DNA from: Octopus sinensis
Lineage: Eukaryota
DNA length: 64,000 nucleotides
Reading direction: 5' to 3'
NCBI RefSeq assembly: GCF_006345805.1
Contig: NC_043003.1
Span: 71,362,001 to 71,426,000 of the forward strand
The notes below the pieces were generated by a model. The model ran no database searches and was not told the origin of the DNA. It saw nothing but the letters and a program-made list of their open reading frames with translations. Shown here piece after piece: positions 38,071-49,769 of the stretch. Numbering within the stretch: the first letter of the stretch is position 1; each line of letters begins with the position of its first letter. The position numbers and the translations under genes are program-made.

Positions 38071-38837
38071 AGAAGTGCAAAATACTGATGCTACCTGTAG
38101 AAATTCTAAAATATTATCTTCAACAATGACAGAAGAGATCGACTTACTGTTTCTTGAGATTTGCGTGTTGTTTTTTCCCCCTCTAAACGTGCACTATAGT
38201 GTTACTTTTCTAGTAATGGCACAAAACCACATATTGTAAAGGCGGATATAATTTCTATCAATCCATCTGACATTCGCGTAAAACGTTCTCTAAGACTACA
38301 ACTGATACAGCCACAACTAATCCAGCCAAATTTTCGTAAATTATTTTTTTTCTTTCATCAATTTTCTTTTGTTCTAAACAATTTAATGCAAGTAAAAATA
38401 AAGTCTATACTTAAAATATAGAAAATTATGATATTTACATGACAATGTAAATATGGAAGAATGTCCTCAAGGAGCCAGACCTGAAGTTTAATTCATTATT
38501 AGCTTCAACAGGACTTATTTTTACAAGGCTTCATTTACCTAAAATTATTAGCTTTAACAGGACTTATTTTTTTACAAGGCTTTCTTTACCTAAAATGAAA
38601 TTATAAAGAATTCAACAACGTGTTCACGTTGTAAATCAATGTCTATACTATAATGATATTTCAGATATACTAGTTGAAATTAGAATTCAAAAGCCTGCAA
38701 AGTTTATAATAAATAGCTAGGAAGTAGTGAAGTTCTTGTTCCTACTGCTCCTGCTACGTGTTGAAGTAAAAGGAGACTATTGTCGCTTTTCTCCTGTTGG
38801 CATGGGTTAGACGGTTTGATTGAAAACCGGCGATTGA

Positions 38838-39257
38838 AGGCGGCGAGCTGGCAGAAACGTTAGCACGCCGGGCGAAATGCTTAGCGGTATTTCGTCTGCG
38901 TTACGTTGTGAGTTCAAATTCCGCCGAGGTCGACTTTGCCTTTCATCCTTTCGGGGTCGATAAATTAAGTACCAGTTACGCACTGGAGTCGATGTAATCG
39001 ACTTAATACCTATGTCTGTCCTTGTTTGTCCCTCTATGTTTAGCCCCTTGTGGGTAATAAAGAAATAGAAATAGGTATTTCGTCTGCCGTTACGCTCTGA
39101 GTTCAAATTCCGCCGAGATCGACTTTGCCTTTCATCCTTCCGGGGTCGATAAATTAAGTACCAGTTACGCACTGGGGTCGATGTAATCGACTTAATACCT
39201 ATGTTTGTCCTTGTTTGTCCCCTCTATTTTTAGCCCCTTGTGGGTAATACAGAAATA
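38838..39257 (+). mobile_element. Dimeric Deu/Nin-like SINE
   Basis: Full unit to 39073 plus a headless unit 39074-39257. Perfect 18-bp TSD ggtttgattgaaaaccgg (38813-30, 39258-75), inserted into an RTE-tail remnant. Confidence 0.9.
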
Positions 39258-40249
39258 GGTTTGATTGAAAACCGGTAAGCTGGGGGATCTGTTCAGTTTG
39301 GCTCACAGATTTTTTTAATTAATTTTTTGGCAATCCTTCGTTTTAACTCGACGAAACTAAAACAAACACTCAGTTGTTTCGTTTTGATTAATTTTCAATA
39401 AAAAAAAACGTTATATGGTCTTGGTGAATGCAAGATATTATAGGTAAAGGTCAAAGTTTGTAACCTATTAACATCTGATGACCTTTTTACATGAACTTAT
39501 AGATCTTGACCAGGCAATCATTTTAAGTGGTCATTTGAAATATTTTGGTGAAGAATTGCAAAGTTAAAGCTGTTTGAATTTTCCATACCCTAATTTCTGC
39601 CACCAGCTGTAATAGTGAGCATGGTCAAAAAGTCCATGGTGGGCATCTTCCATTCCATTTTTTTTTTTTTTTTGCTGGCGACGTCAGTTTTCTGACTTGT
39701 TAGATCCAGGGCTACATGAAAATAACCATTAAAGTAAATCACATGACCCCCACTAGCCCATGGCCTAAGTGCTTTTAGGAGACTTCTGCACTATTATTCT
39801 GAGGTGTATATTTGTGTAAGATTATGGATATGATTTTTGTTTTATGCATTGATTGGTGCTTTGAGAAATGAAGTTTGCTGTTGAAACAAGTAGTGTCCTT
39901 CACATATCTTTTTTTTTCAATTTTTGAATTTTTTGCTTCATTATGTTGGTTGGTAGTTTATGGATGTGGTCTCTGTACAACTTAAAAGGATGCACAGTGT
40001 GATGTGTGTTCTTTGTAATTTACTGTAGGGAGATTAAGGAAGGGAGTATCAAGAGAGGGTTGGCATTGTCTATAATAGATCTGATGTAGTGTCTATATGC
40101 TATTTTTGTTTCTTTCTGTTGGTTTAATGTTGTACCTGTAGGTAATCTTAGCATGTCTGGTTTAATCTTGCTTTTCCTAATATGTCTTTTACATATGTTG
40201 TGAATATGGTGGAAGTATTGTATGTAATATTTGTAATTTTGTCTTCTGG

Positions 40250-40596
40250 ATCCTGTGCTGGTGGCACATAAAAAGCACCGTCTGAACATGGTTGATGCCA
40301 GGTCCGCCTGACTGGCCCCTGTGCCTGTGGCACGTAAAGACCACCATCTGAATGTGGCAAATGCCAGTACCCCCTGACTGGCTCTCATGCTTGTGGCACG
40401 TAAAAAGCTCTATCGAAATGTGATCGATGCAGGCCTGCCTGACTTGCTCGTGTGCACGTAAAAAGCACCCACTACACTCTCAGAGTGGTTGGCATTAGGA
40501 AGGGCATCCAGCTGTTGAAACACTGCCAGATCACTCAAACCATCCAACCCATGCCAGCATGGAAAGCAGATGTTAAATGATGATGATAATGATGAT
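40250..40596 (+). mobile_element. RTE-type 3' tail element with ~55-60-bp repeats
   Basis: Four gtggcacgtaaaaagcacc units, ttaggaagggcatccagctg and a (GAT)n tail. Confidence 0.8.
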
Positions 40597-40877
40597 GTGT
40601 GTGTGTGTGTATGCCTGTATGCATGTATGTGTGTGTGTGTGTGGTATATTGTTGGATGTGATGGTTTTTGTATCAGATGCTATCTTGTGTTACTGGTGAA
40701 AAGGGAGTAGATACAAACAAATTAACTTTTATTTTAGAGCTTGGTTTCTAGGCTACTGTTGCAGGTTTGGAGTAGTTGTGCAGTAGTATGTGGAGAATAG
40801 TTTGGAAGATACAAGTATAATGTTATCTGTATATGAATCTATGTATATATCTTCAGGATATGTGGGAAGACCATGTA

Positions 40878-41443
40878 TTGGGTTGTCCGGAAAGTTTGTG
40901 CCAATTTTTAGAGGGAAGAAAAAGGTCAATAAATACTTGCCATTACATTTTTAATCAACCAAATACGAACCATTTTGTTGCACAATGCGTCTCCATCTTT
41001 CTTTTAACTTGAAAATACCCTCTTCCCAGAATTGATGTGGTTTCATAGCAAAGAATTCATCAAGGTATCTTTTTACGTCATCCAAGGAATTGAAATTTTT
41101 ACCATTAAGACTATTCTGCAGAGACCTGAATAAGTGGAAATCCGAAGGAGCAATATCTGGTGAATATGGACGGTAGGGTAACACATCCTAGCCGAGCTGC
41201 AACAATTTTTGTCTGGTTCCCAAAGCATCAAGTGCCGAAAATGAACTTTCTTATCTTCCATTTTAAATGGTTACAGAATTAACACAGGTTATAGGAACAT
41301 AAACCATCTTCCACGAAAAGATAGCTTAAACTGTGCTCTAAATGGAGGTGTAGTCAAATTCTGTTTTATGGACTCAACCATGTTCCAAAATTAGTTGAAT
41401 TTTAAGCTACTATAAATCAGCACGAACTTTCCAGACAACCCAA
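40878..41443 (-). mobile_element. Internally deleted mariner (566 bp)
   Basis: TA|TTGGGTTGTCCGGAAAG ... CTTTCCAGACAACCCAA|TA. N-terminal MEDKKVHFRHLMLWE is joined directly to the C-terminal PYSPDIAPSDFHLFRSL region. Confidence 0.92.
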
Positions 41444-41449
41444 TATTTG

Positions 41450-42460
41450 TTGGTTGAAAAGTGTGGGTGTAAGGATGGAGAAAGCAAGTTTTAGAAGTGC
41501 TATATTTTTACATTATACAAGCTTAAAGACTTGACAGGTAGCTTGCTAGATAGAGTTTGATGTTGTTTCTTAAGAAAGTGTTGATGTGTGTAAGTGGATA
41601 GTATTGAGTGGAATATAAAGCATTGTCAATAGTAGAATGGTGTATAAGGGAGGTTTATTGTTGAAATCATTATTCATCCTTTATATCATGTTCATGAGTA
41701 ATGTAATAGTTGAGTAGAGTGAATCCATTTTGTGAGTTTGGAGATGATATGTCGATTAGCGCTACCAAAGATGAGCCTTACTGAAATATTTGATGGTTTG
41801 CATAGGAAAGTGATGGATCACTTAAGGTTCTTAAATTGCTATGATTTTATCCAGTTTCTGACTTGTTAGACCCAGGGCTTGTAGATGATGCTGGATGCAG
41901 TAATTCTTTCAAACCCTTGCTATTTTAAGCATATGTTTGTGATTTTGTCAGGTCCAGAGTATCTTTGAAATTTTAATTTTTCTTATTACTTTTTAGATGT
42001 TCAAGTTAAAGGAAGAAATCCATTATGATCTCAGTGCATAATTTTCATTTTCTACTTGTGTGTGTGTATGTTTTGAAGGGGATAGGTTGGGATGTCTGAT
42101 TTCTACAAAATATCTGATAAGAATGTTTCTGACTGTAGAGTCCTAGCACATTTTATGAGTTTTTTTTCTTTCTTTTTTTTTTGTATAGAGTGTGGTGTAG
42201 TCATTGTTGATGCTTTGAAATACTCATTATAATGTCCTATTGTTTTGGGGTGGATTTATATTAACTACAAATATTTGCCAGTTTTTATATTTGTTATCAT
42301 ATTATCATATTATTATTTGTTTAGTGTCGAGTTTTATTTCATTTGTGTGATGTCAGTCTATTATGTTTAAAGCCCATAGTTTTAATAAAGTTTGCTATTT
42401 CTATTGACATATTGAGTTTTTTCTTTTTTCGAAAGTGTTTACAATTGGTTTGTTGAAATA
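41450..42460 (-). mobile_element. Highly decayed LINE RT (I/Jockey-like); similar text at ~39960-40250
   Basis: Only GPDKITNICLK-type motifs are recognisable. Confidence 0.35.
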
Positions 42461-43229
42461 GTGTGTACTGCAGTAGTTATGTTGGCGCTATTAAATTTTG
42501 CAAACTTCTTTTCAGTTTCCTGATGCTATTGATTCCAATTAGCTGTTCTGAAGTTTATAATGGTGTTTTTGTTTTGTTCATTGATGGCTTTCAGATAGTT
42601 CTCAAAGTCAATTTAAAAAACACCTTTAATTCAATCAGATGTTAGGTCAGTAAAAGAGAGGGTTGAGAGCTTTACCAGTTTATGGTTTTATTGTGAGTCC
42701 TCTTAACTATCCTTTGATCAGTGGCACATTCTTTCTGCCTCAGGAGTTCAACATGCTCCTCTCTAATTCCCTCACTTAATTTCTTTCTTCTATTCATGCT
42801 TGCTCCTCCTTAACAGATAACTATTCTCTCTTTTTTTAAGCAGAGAGGTGGGTAAAACTTTAAAAATGTAGAGGGGTCTTGGATTGCCAAATCCAGATTG
42901 GAGTAATTGACTGAGAAAGTTTGGGACAATTTACAACCAAAACACATTCTCTGGTCAATACTCAAGATGTTACATTTTACAAATACCAGTTTTTCTGGAG
43001 AATGGTTTGATGCTGTATCCATGAAAAGATATTGATGGCTTGCTTGAATGCATCTCTACCACTCTCACTGTCAATGTATGTAATATGATACCATTGTTGT
43101 AATACCTTTGATTCCAGAAATCTTCATAGATTATCATATTAACTAGTTGACTTGGTTACCTCAGTGAGATAACCCTATTTATAAAATGAGATATACCCAG
43201 AGTAAATATATATTCTCAACTCTGGAGTC

Positions 43230-43860
43230 AGTGGATGATGGGAAGAAACTGAATGGATTCACTTTTTGTTCTTGGTTTAAAGGTTGTGCAGAAAGTAACA
43301 AATGCAGGTTGTACAATGATAAAAATGATATATTGTTAATGAGTGCACGAAGCTGGAACAAAAAGAACATAAAAGAAGACACAATAATGATGCAAAAATG
43401 ATTCTTTGGGAGCTGTGTAGCAAGTATGGATTGGTTACAGCAATGACATGGTATGGGCAAACTCCAAAAGGTGTAATTGAGGATGATCAGGTAAGGACAT
43501 GGTGAGATGTAGTAAACCAATGTTATTATGTAATTGAACAGTGAAAGCCAGTTATAGTGGTTGTGAATAAAGAGGAAAAAACCTGTTTAGTCATAGATAT
43601 TGCATACCCTGGTGATGATAGTATATTGGAAAAAGAATAGAAACAGGTTGGATATAATGAATTGAGGTGGGAAATAAAGACTGTCATTATAGAAGAAGGT
43701 GAATGTTGTACCTGTTGTTGGATCTTTGAGAACGGTAAGTACTGAACTCACAAAATGGATTGGGAAAATAAGGGTAATTGTGAAGATAGAACATCAATAG
43801 AAAAACATTGTTGCTTGGAACTGCATGAAACCTCAGTAGAATTCTTGAAATCTGAGTGGA
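43230..43860 (+). mobile_element. R4/Dong-clade LINE 3' fragment (CCHC plus restriction-like endonuclease)
   Basis: NKCRLYNDK, KPVIVVVNKEEKTCLVIDIAYPGD and KTLLLGTA in broken frames. Confidence 0.75.
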
Positions 43861-43999
43861 GAGTGTTTTCAGACAGCTGACATTTTATTAGATTTTTCAA
43901 CAAAGTTTTAAACAAGAACAACAACAACAATAGTAATAAATACCACAAGATGATATTAGATTGCTGAGAAATAATGAGGAATACGAGTTTGTTTGCATG

Positions 44000-44760
44000 T
44001 TTTTTGATCATTTTCAAAGTACCTGAGGATTGTTTGTTTTCATGCCTTGCATTTGATTTATTTCTATTTCCAGATCTTCATATTCTGGTAGTTATACCAT
44101 TTCTTTTAAAGATAAATTGTCATCTGTTGGGGCTGATGTGTTGATTAGGAGGCATTTCTTTCTTGACAACAGTATGTGGTTGATAGACCTTGTTCTTCCA
44201 ATCTGTATGTATTGACATAATCCAAAGTATGGATGCTTTGTCATTTTTATGAATTTTTTTCTGGAGTATGTCTATACCATCTCTTTTCTGTTAGCATTCT
44301 GTAGTGCTGGCACAATTTTCAGTGTATGTGGGTCCCAACGCTTTCATATTTGTGGATATATTCTTTCTTGGCCAAAAGTAGACAGCCATAGACAATATTA
44401 TTTCTTGTTTTTTCTTGTTTCCTCATCAGCACATATTCTGCAGTTACTGTAGTCTGCTTCATTATGTATTTAGTGGTTTCTGATGAAGAGGCTTCATCTT
44501 GTTCCCGTATTAAGAATCCTTCAGTCACTACTCTGAGCATAGTGTTTCCCAGCCAGTTTTCTTTTTTTTTTTTACTATTTCCATTCTGTACAGAGCTTAT
44601 TCCATATATGTCATGAAGCTTTTCTTGTCATTGCTTTATCATGGCATTCTGTAGTCTCAGTTTTAGCATAGATTTTAGCAGCTTCACAGTTTTCTTTTTT
44701 CCTTCTTAGCAGTGATCATAATACATATTCAAAATACCCATAGGTAGGAATTATTTAGGA
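44000..44760 (-). mobile_element. Second R4/Dong-clade LINE fragment, convergent with the first
   Basis: LRVVTEGFLIREQDE...NNIVYGCLLLAKKEYIHKYESVGTHIH*KLCQHY...KRWYRHTPEK...SILWIMSIHTD. Confidence 0.78.
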
Positions 44761-45374
44761 GTTATTTATTACAAGCATTCTTTTGTGTTTTGTCAGCTTC
44801 CTTGAAGACAGAAAACATATTTTTTGTTTATGCTTTGTAGCACTTTTCCTTTATTCTGAATTAGATATTTCTGTCATATCAACTATTCTTTTTTTTCTAA
44901 ATTTCCATGATACAAATGAGAGAAAAATTACCTTTGAAATAGGATTACAGTTTCATTCTTGGATAATCTGACACCTATTTATGGAAAGGTAAACTGAAGC
45001 ATAGTTTAACTTACCATAAATGTATTATGATCACATACAAAGCAGTGATTCATAACTAAAAGCTAAAAAGAAAAAGGGAAAAAAACAATAAAAACTGTAA
45101 AGCAGCTAAAATCTAAACTAAAACCGGAACTACAGATGTCATGATAAAGCAAGGGCAAGAAAAGCTTCTGCAGGCAAATACTTGAATAAGCTGAAAAAAA
45201 TGGAAGTAGACAAAAAAAAAAAAAATCAAAATTCATTCATTTGAACTCACAAACTAAACTTTAATAGCCTAATACCTTATCAATCAAGCTATTTCACATT
45301 AAGTGTTAAATAAATTTCTTCCACAAAAATTTCAGGCATTCAAAAGATAATCAGATAGTATATATATTTGTATA

Positions 45375-45414
<40 letters not shown>

Positions 45415-45429
45415 TATATTGTTGTGTTG

Positions 45430-45738
45430 TGATCCCCTTTGGTCATGAATGACCATGGGATCATGGGATTGCACCTAGAAAGTTCCCTCCGAGGCACAAA
45501 TCTGGACAAGGTTGTTTACGGAAAGCGACCAGTCACCCATGCATACCAGCCTCCCTTCTCCACGCCACTGATGTTATCCAAGGGAAAGGCAAAGGCCAAT
45601 ACAGCTTGGCGCCAGTGACGTCACAGCTCATTTCTACAGCTGAGTGAACTGGAGGAACGTGAAATAAAGTGTCTTGCTCAAGAGCACAATACGCAACCTG
45701 GTACAGGAATTGAACTCACAACTTCATGATTGTAAGCA
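45430..45738 (-). mobile_element. CORE-type tRNA SINE
   Basis: On minus: B-box gagttcaattcc, then cttgagcaagacactttatttcacgtt.ctccagttcactcagctg core. Confidence 0.65.
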
Positions 45739-45766
45739 TTAGTATATCATTGTAACATTAATATAT

Positions 45767-45934
45767 CATTGTATTAGGCAAAATCTCATCAGCGGGGTAG
45801 AAAAAATATTCCGTTAGGTTATTAGGCATTGTGTTTTTGAATCATCTTAGCTGAGATGATTTGAAAATACAACACCTAATAACCTAACAGTATATCTTAT
45901 CTACCCCTTTGATGAGATTTTGCCTAATACAATG
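45767..45934. repeat. 168-bp fold-back hairpin (~80-bp arms, ~6-nt loop)
   Basis: cattgtattaggcaaaatctcatc...aatcatct-tagctg-agatgatt...gatgagattttgcctaatacaatg. Confidence 0.85.
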
Positions 45935-46207
45935 TTTTAATTACTGTAATGAAATATTTAGGTTAAATCGAAACAGCTGTAAGAGAATATGTTTGATTTT
46001 TGCAGTTAATAAATTATAATGCTACATCTCCATTTTCTAAATTTTCTCTTGAATGTTTATAAACCAAGATTTATATTTAGACCAATTATGCTATGAATAT
46101 TACTATTCACAAAAAATACAAGACAATGAACCAGTAATTCATTGGATATTATCCCTTAATGAAGCTACTTTAACCTATATATATATATATTGTATGCTAG
46201 CATGAAT

Positions 46208-46251
<44 letters not shown>

Positions 46252-46813
46252 TACTGAGATATTTACAGCTCACTGCCACTCCTGTCACTAGCTTTTACTT
46301 GTTTTTCAATTCAAGTAAAGGATCTCTTATTTTATACACCTTTCAAAACATGTAACCAACAAACAATTTGTTGGTAAAGAAAAAGCAACTGCCACTGCTA
46401 AGCACTTTCGTATATAAAAGTCCACAAGACACAAACATTCACACACACACACACCTACATGTGTGAGGTCACTCTTGTGCTACTGGTACCATGTAACTTA
46501 GTACAACCTGTTGTATGGTCATGTCATTGATGACTAAACTGACAACTCCACCAAGTTTGCTTGGTGAGGAGGAGGATTTGTGGAGACCCTGCAAGATGAA
46601 GAAAAATACCCATCAAAGAGCTAAGGAACTCGGGAGAATCAATGCCCATCCAATATAGTCAAGGTTAGATGGTGTTCACTCGTTGTGGTGAAGACAATTT
46701 CTGAAAGAAATCTCTGAAATAAAATACATTTAGTGAAGATATGCAGCCAGCTGATACTATTCTGCACAGAGAATATTATGACATGAAGTTATAGCTTCAT
46801 CTATGCAGAACTG

Positions 46814-46868
<55 letters not shown>

Positions 46869-47177
46869 CAACAACAACAATGCAGGAAGTGCAAAAGATT
46901 GTCTTAACTGGTATTTCATACATACTGAGAAGAGCATTGTCACAGTGTATTTTCTTTCCTTTTTCCCCCCTTTTTTTCTGTTACATGACTTTGTAAATGA
47001 ACAATTTAGTGTGTTGATTTTAATGGCCTACTAATATATACAGTGTGTTTCTCTGACTTAGGTGTCAGGAAGACACCTGGAAAGAAATGTAAACAGAATT
47101 AAAAGAAGATGATAATGAAAATAATAATAACAATAACAACAATAATAATATGTATGTATGTATGTATATATATATAT

Positions 47178-47545
47178 CATCATCATCATCATCATCATCA
47201 TCATTTAGCGTCCGCTTTCCATGCTAGCATGGGTTGGACGGTCCAACTGGGGTCTGTGAAGCCAGAAGGCTGCATCAGGCCCATTCTGATCTGGCAGTGT
47301 TTCTACGGCTGGATGCCCTTCCTAACGCCAACCACTCCGTGAGTGTAGTGGGTGCTTTTTACGTGCCACCCGCACAGGTGCCAGACAGAGCTGGCAAACG
47401 GCCACGAACGGATGGTGCATTTACGTGCCACCGGCTCAGGGCCAGGCGAGGCTGGCAACGGACACGAACGGATGGTGCTTTTATGTGCCACCGGTACGGA
47501 GGCCAGTCGGGGCAGCGCTGGCAACGGCTACGATCGGATGGTTCG
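47178..47545 (-). mobile_element. RTE-type 3' tail element with 3-4 ~60-bp repeats
   Basis: (CAT)9 tail; repeated ggtgc.tttacgtgccaccgg...ctggcaacgg.cacgaacggat units. Confidence 0.85.
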
Positions 47546-48699
47546 CTTAACCACAGCTGCATATATATATATATATATATATATATACGCATATATATTA
47601 ACAAACAGGTATCATTATTGATTAATGAAACTTTAAACTTGGTTAGGTTGTACTTTATGAGGGGCTACTGTGAATGCATTTTTAGCAATTCTGGAATAAT
47701 TTTAAAGCAAACTATAAAGAGTTAAAGCAATTGGAACTATGCAAGCATATGATTTTTCTACATTGTATACTAATCTGCATTTGAAAAGAGTGGAAAAAAG
47801 TGTACTTAGTATAATTGATAAACCTATTAGAAATGATGGAAGATTTTTGTCAACGTGTACATAATGGTTATACATGTTTTAGTAAAAGTAGACTTAAGGA
47901 AGATGGTTAGTTTGTCACTAATAATGCATACATTACATTTGCTGGGAATATTTTTAGACAAATTAAGGGGATTCTAATGGGTAGTAATAGTAGTTCTTTG
48001 TTAATGGATTTGTATTAATCTTCATGTGAGTTCAACTTACTCATTGATGTATACCAAAAAAATAAATAATTAAATAAATAAATAAATAAATAAAGAAGAT
48101 AGCAACTCAGTAGATGTCTATAGGTATTTGGAGTATTTTGTGGGAAAAACATATCCAGTGGATCTCATAGCAACTAGATATGGTGACTCCATAAAAGAGG
48201 TTAACTATTCAGATGTGAGACTAGATTGAGCAGATGGTTAAGATCAAGATGAGTATTAATAACAACACTGATTGTTTTAATTTCTACATTGCATCATTGC
48301 CTTGGATGGATAGTAGAATTTCTTTTTTGAATGGGTTATCATGTGTTTTCTAGTCAGGCCATTGGATATGGTGATCTTATAAATAAAGTTGAAATGTTTT
48401 TAAAGAGGATTAATATGTTAAAGATGCACATTGAAAACCCATGTTGCAGTAGTAAAATGTCAGTTAAATGTTTTAACTATTGCATAGGGAAATACAGTGA
48501 GATTTTGAGAAAGCATTGAATAATGATAACGAGTTTTCTGGTGAAGGCTTCATTTGCCTTCATTGTCTGTTTGTTGCTTCAGTAGAAATCTATGGATGCA
48601 CAAACGGAGAAAACGAAACAAATATGGACGACTTGTTCAGAAACACCTGTGAGTGGGGAACAGTTCTCAAAATTAGCCTCCAATTGTTTTCCCCTAAAA

Positions 48700-48945
48700 T
48701 TCCTATGTACTCGGAATCTACATAGTCTGAGGTATATTTGTAAAGAATTTCATTAAAAAATATCCATTTTCTTGAAAGTTAAGATGAATTTAGGTGGATT
48801 CCGGTGAATTTTCTGAAATTCTCCCAAAACTCCTCTTAACCCCCCCCCCCCCCCACCAAATTTTGTATATTCGGAATCTACATGATATAACATATTCGTA
48901 GACAATTTCATTAAAAAATATCGATTTTTCTGAAAGTTATGATCA
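48700..48945. repeat. ~170-bp tandem duplication, probably inside a Helentron/DINE-like non-autonomous element
   Basis: tcggaatctacat...aatttcattaaaaaatatc..ttt.ctgaaagtta occurs twice. Confidence 0.5.
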
Positions 48946-49769
48946 TCCAAAGTCGGGGAGGTGCAGAAATCAGATCTTTTCAGATCCCAGAAATCTGTAG
49001 TTATGCCTTTGAATCTTCAAAAAGATTTCAATATAAACTTTCAGAAAATATGCTCAAAAAGAAACAAAAATATTCCGTGTATCTTCTCAGCTGCAAAAGC
49101 CTTTGTATCAATGATGGAAGTTTTTTTCTTACCTTTTTGCTGAATTGACAAAACTGACAGGTGGGAATAAAATGACTTGTTAAATTTCATCTCTGTTCAT
49201 ATATATAAACGTGTGCATGTGTGTATGTTTGCATTACCAGTACCATAAATCTCTCTTTCTCTCTCTCTATCTATTCTTCTATCTCTCTCCCTCTCTGTCC
49301 TCTCTTTTTCTCTCTCTCTCTCTCTCTTTCTGCTTCTTTCTCTTCCTTCACTGTTACTACCCCTTACTTCCACTCCATTTCAACTCAGTCAGTTCTTTCA
49401 TCCTTCACTGTTGTCAGAGATAAGGGTCAATACTCTTAGACATACCTACACACATGAGTCTGTCTCTAGTTTATTTCTCCATAGGGAATTAAGATGGCAT
49501 TGCTTTCAGTACTGACCAGTTCTATACTACATAAATGCATGCACACACACATATACAAACACCACTGAATAAAAGGAAATAATCTATTCCCTCTTAAGTG
49601 ACATCATTCACAGAAGGGATGTAAAGAATTTTCTTATTTAAGAACTCCTTCTCAAATTGTCCTCTTTCTCTATTGGTCTACTAAACATTGTGTACAAAAG
49701 GTATAAAAATTCAGCATAACTCTACGCATGCTTCACCAAAATGTTATCATGCCCCACCAAAATATTACC

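Noticed and set aside
40250-40470. Regularly spaced ~20-bp repeats resembling a CRISPR array; also at 47350-47540
   Set aside because: The spacers are similar to each other; this is the tandem repeat of the RTE 3' UTR, and no cas genes are present.
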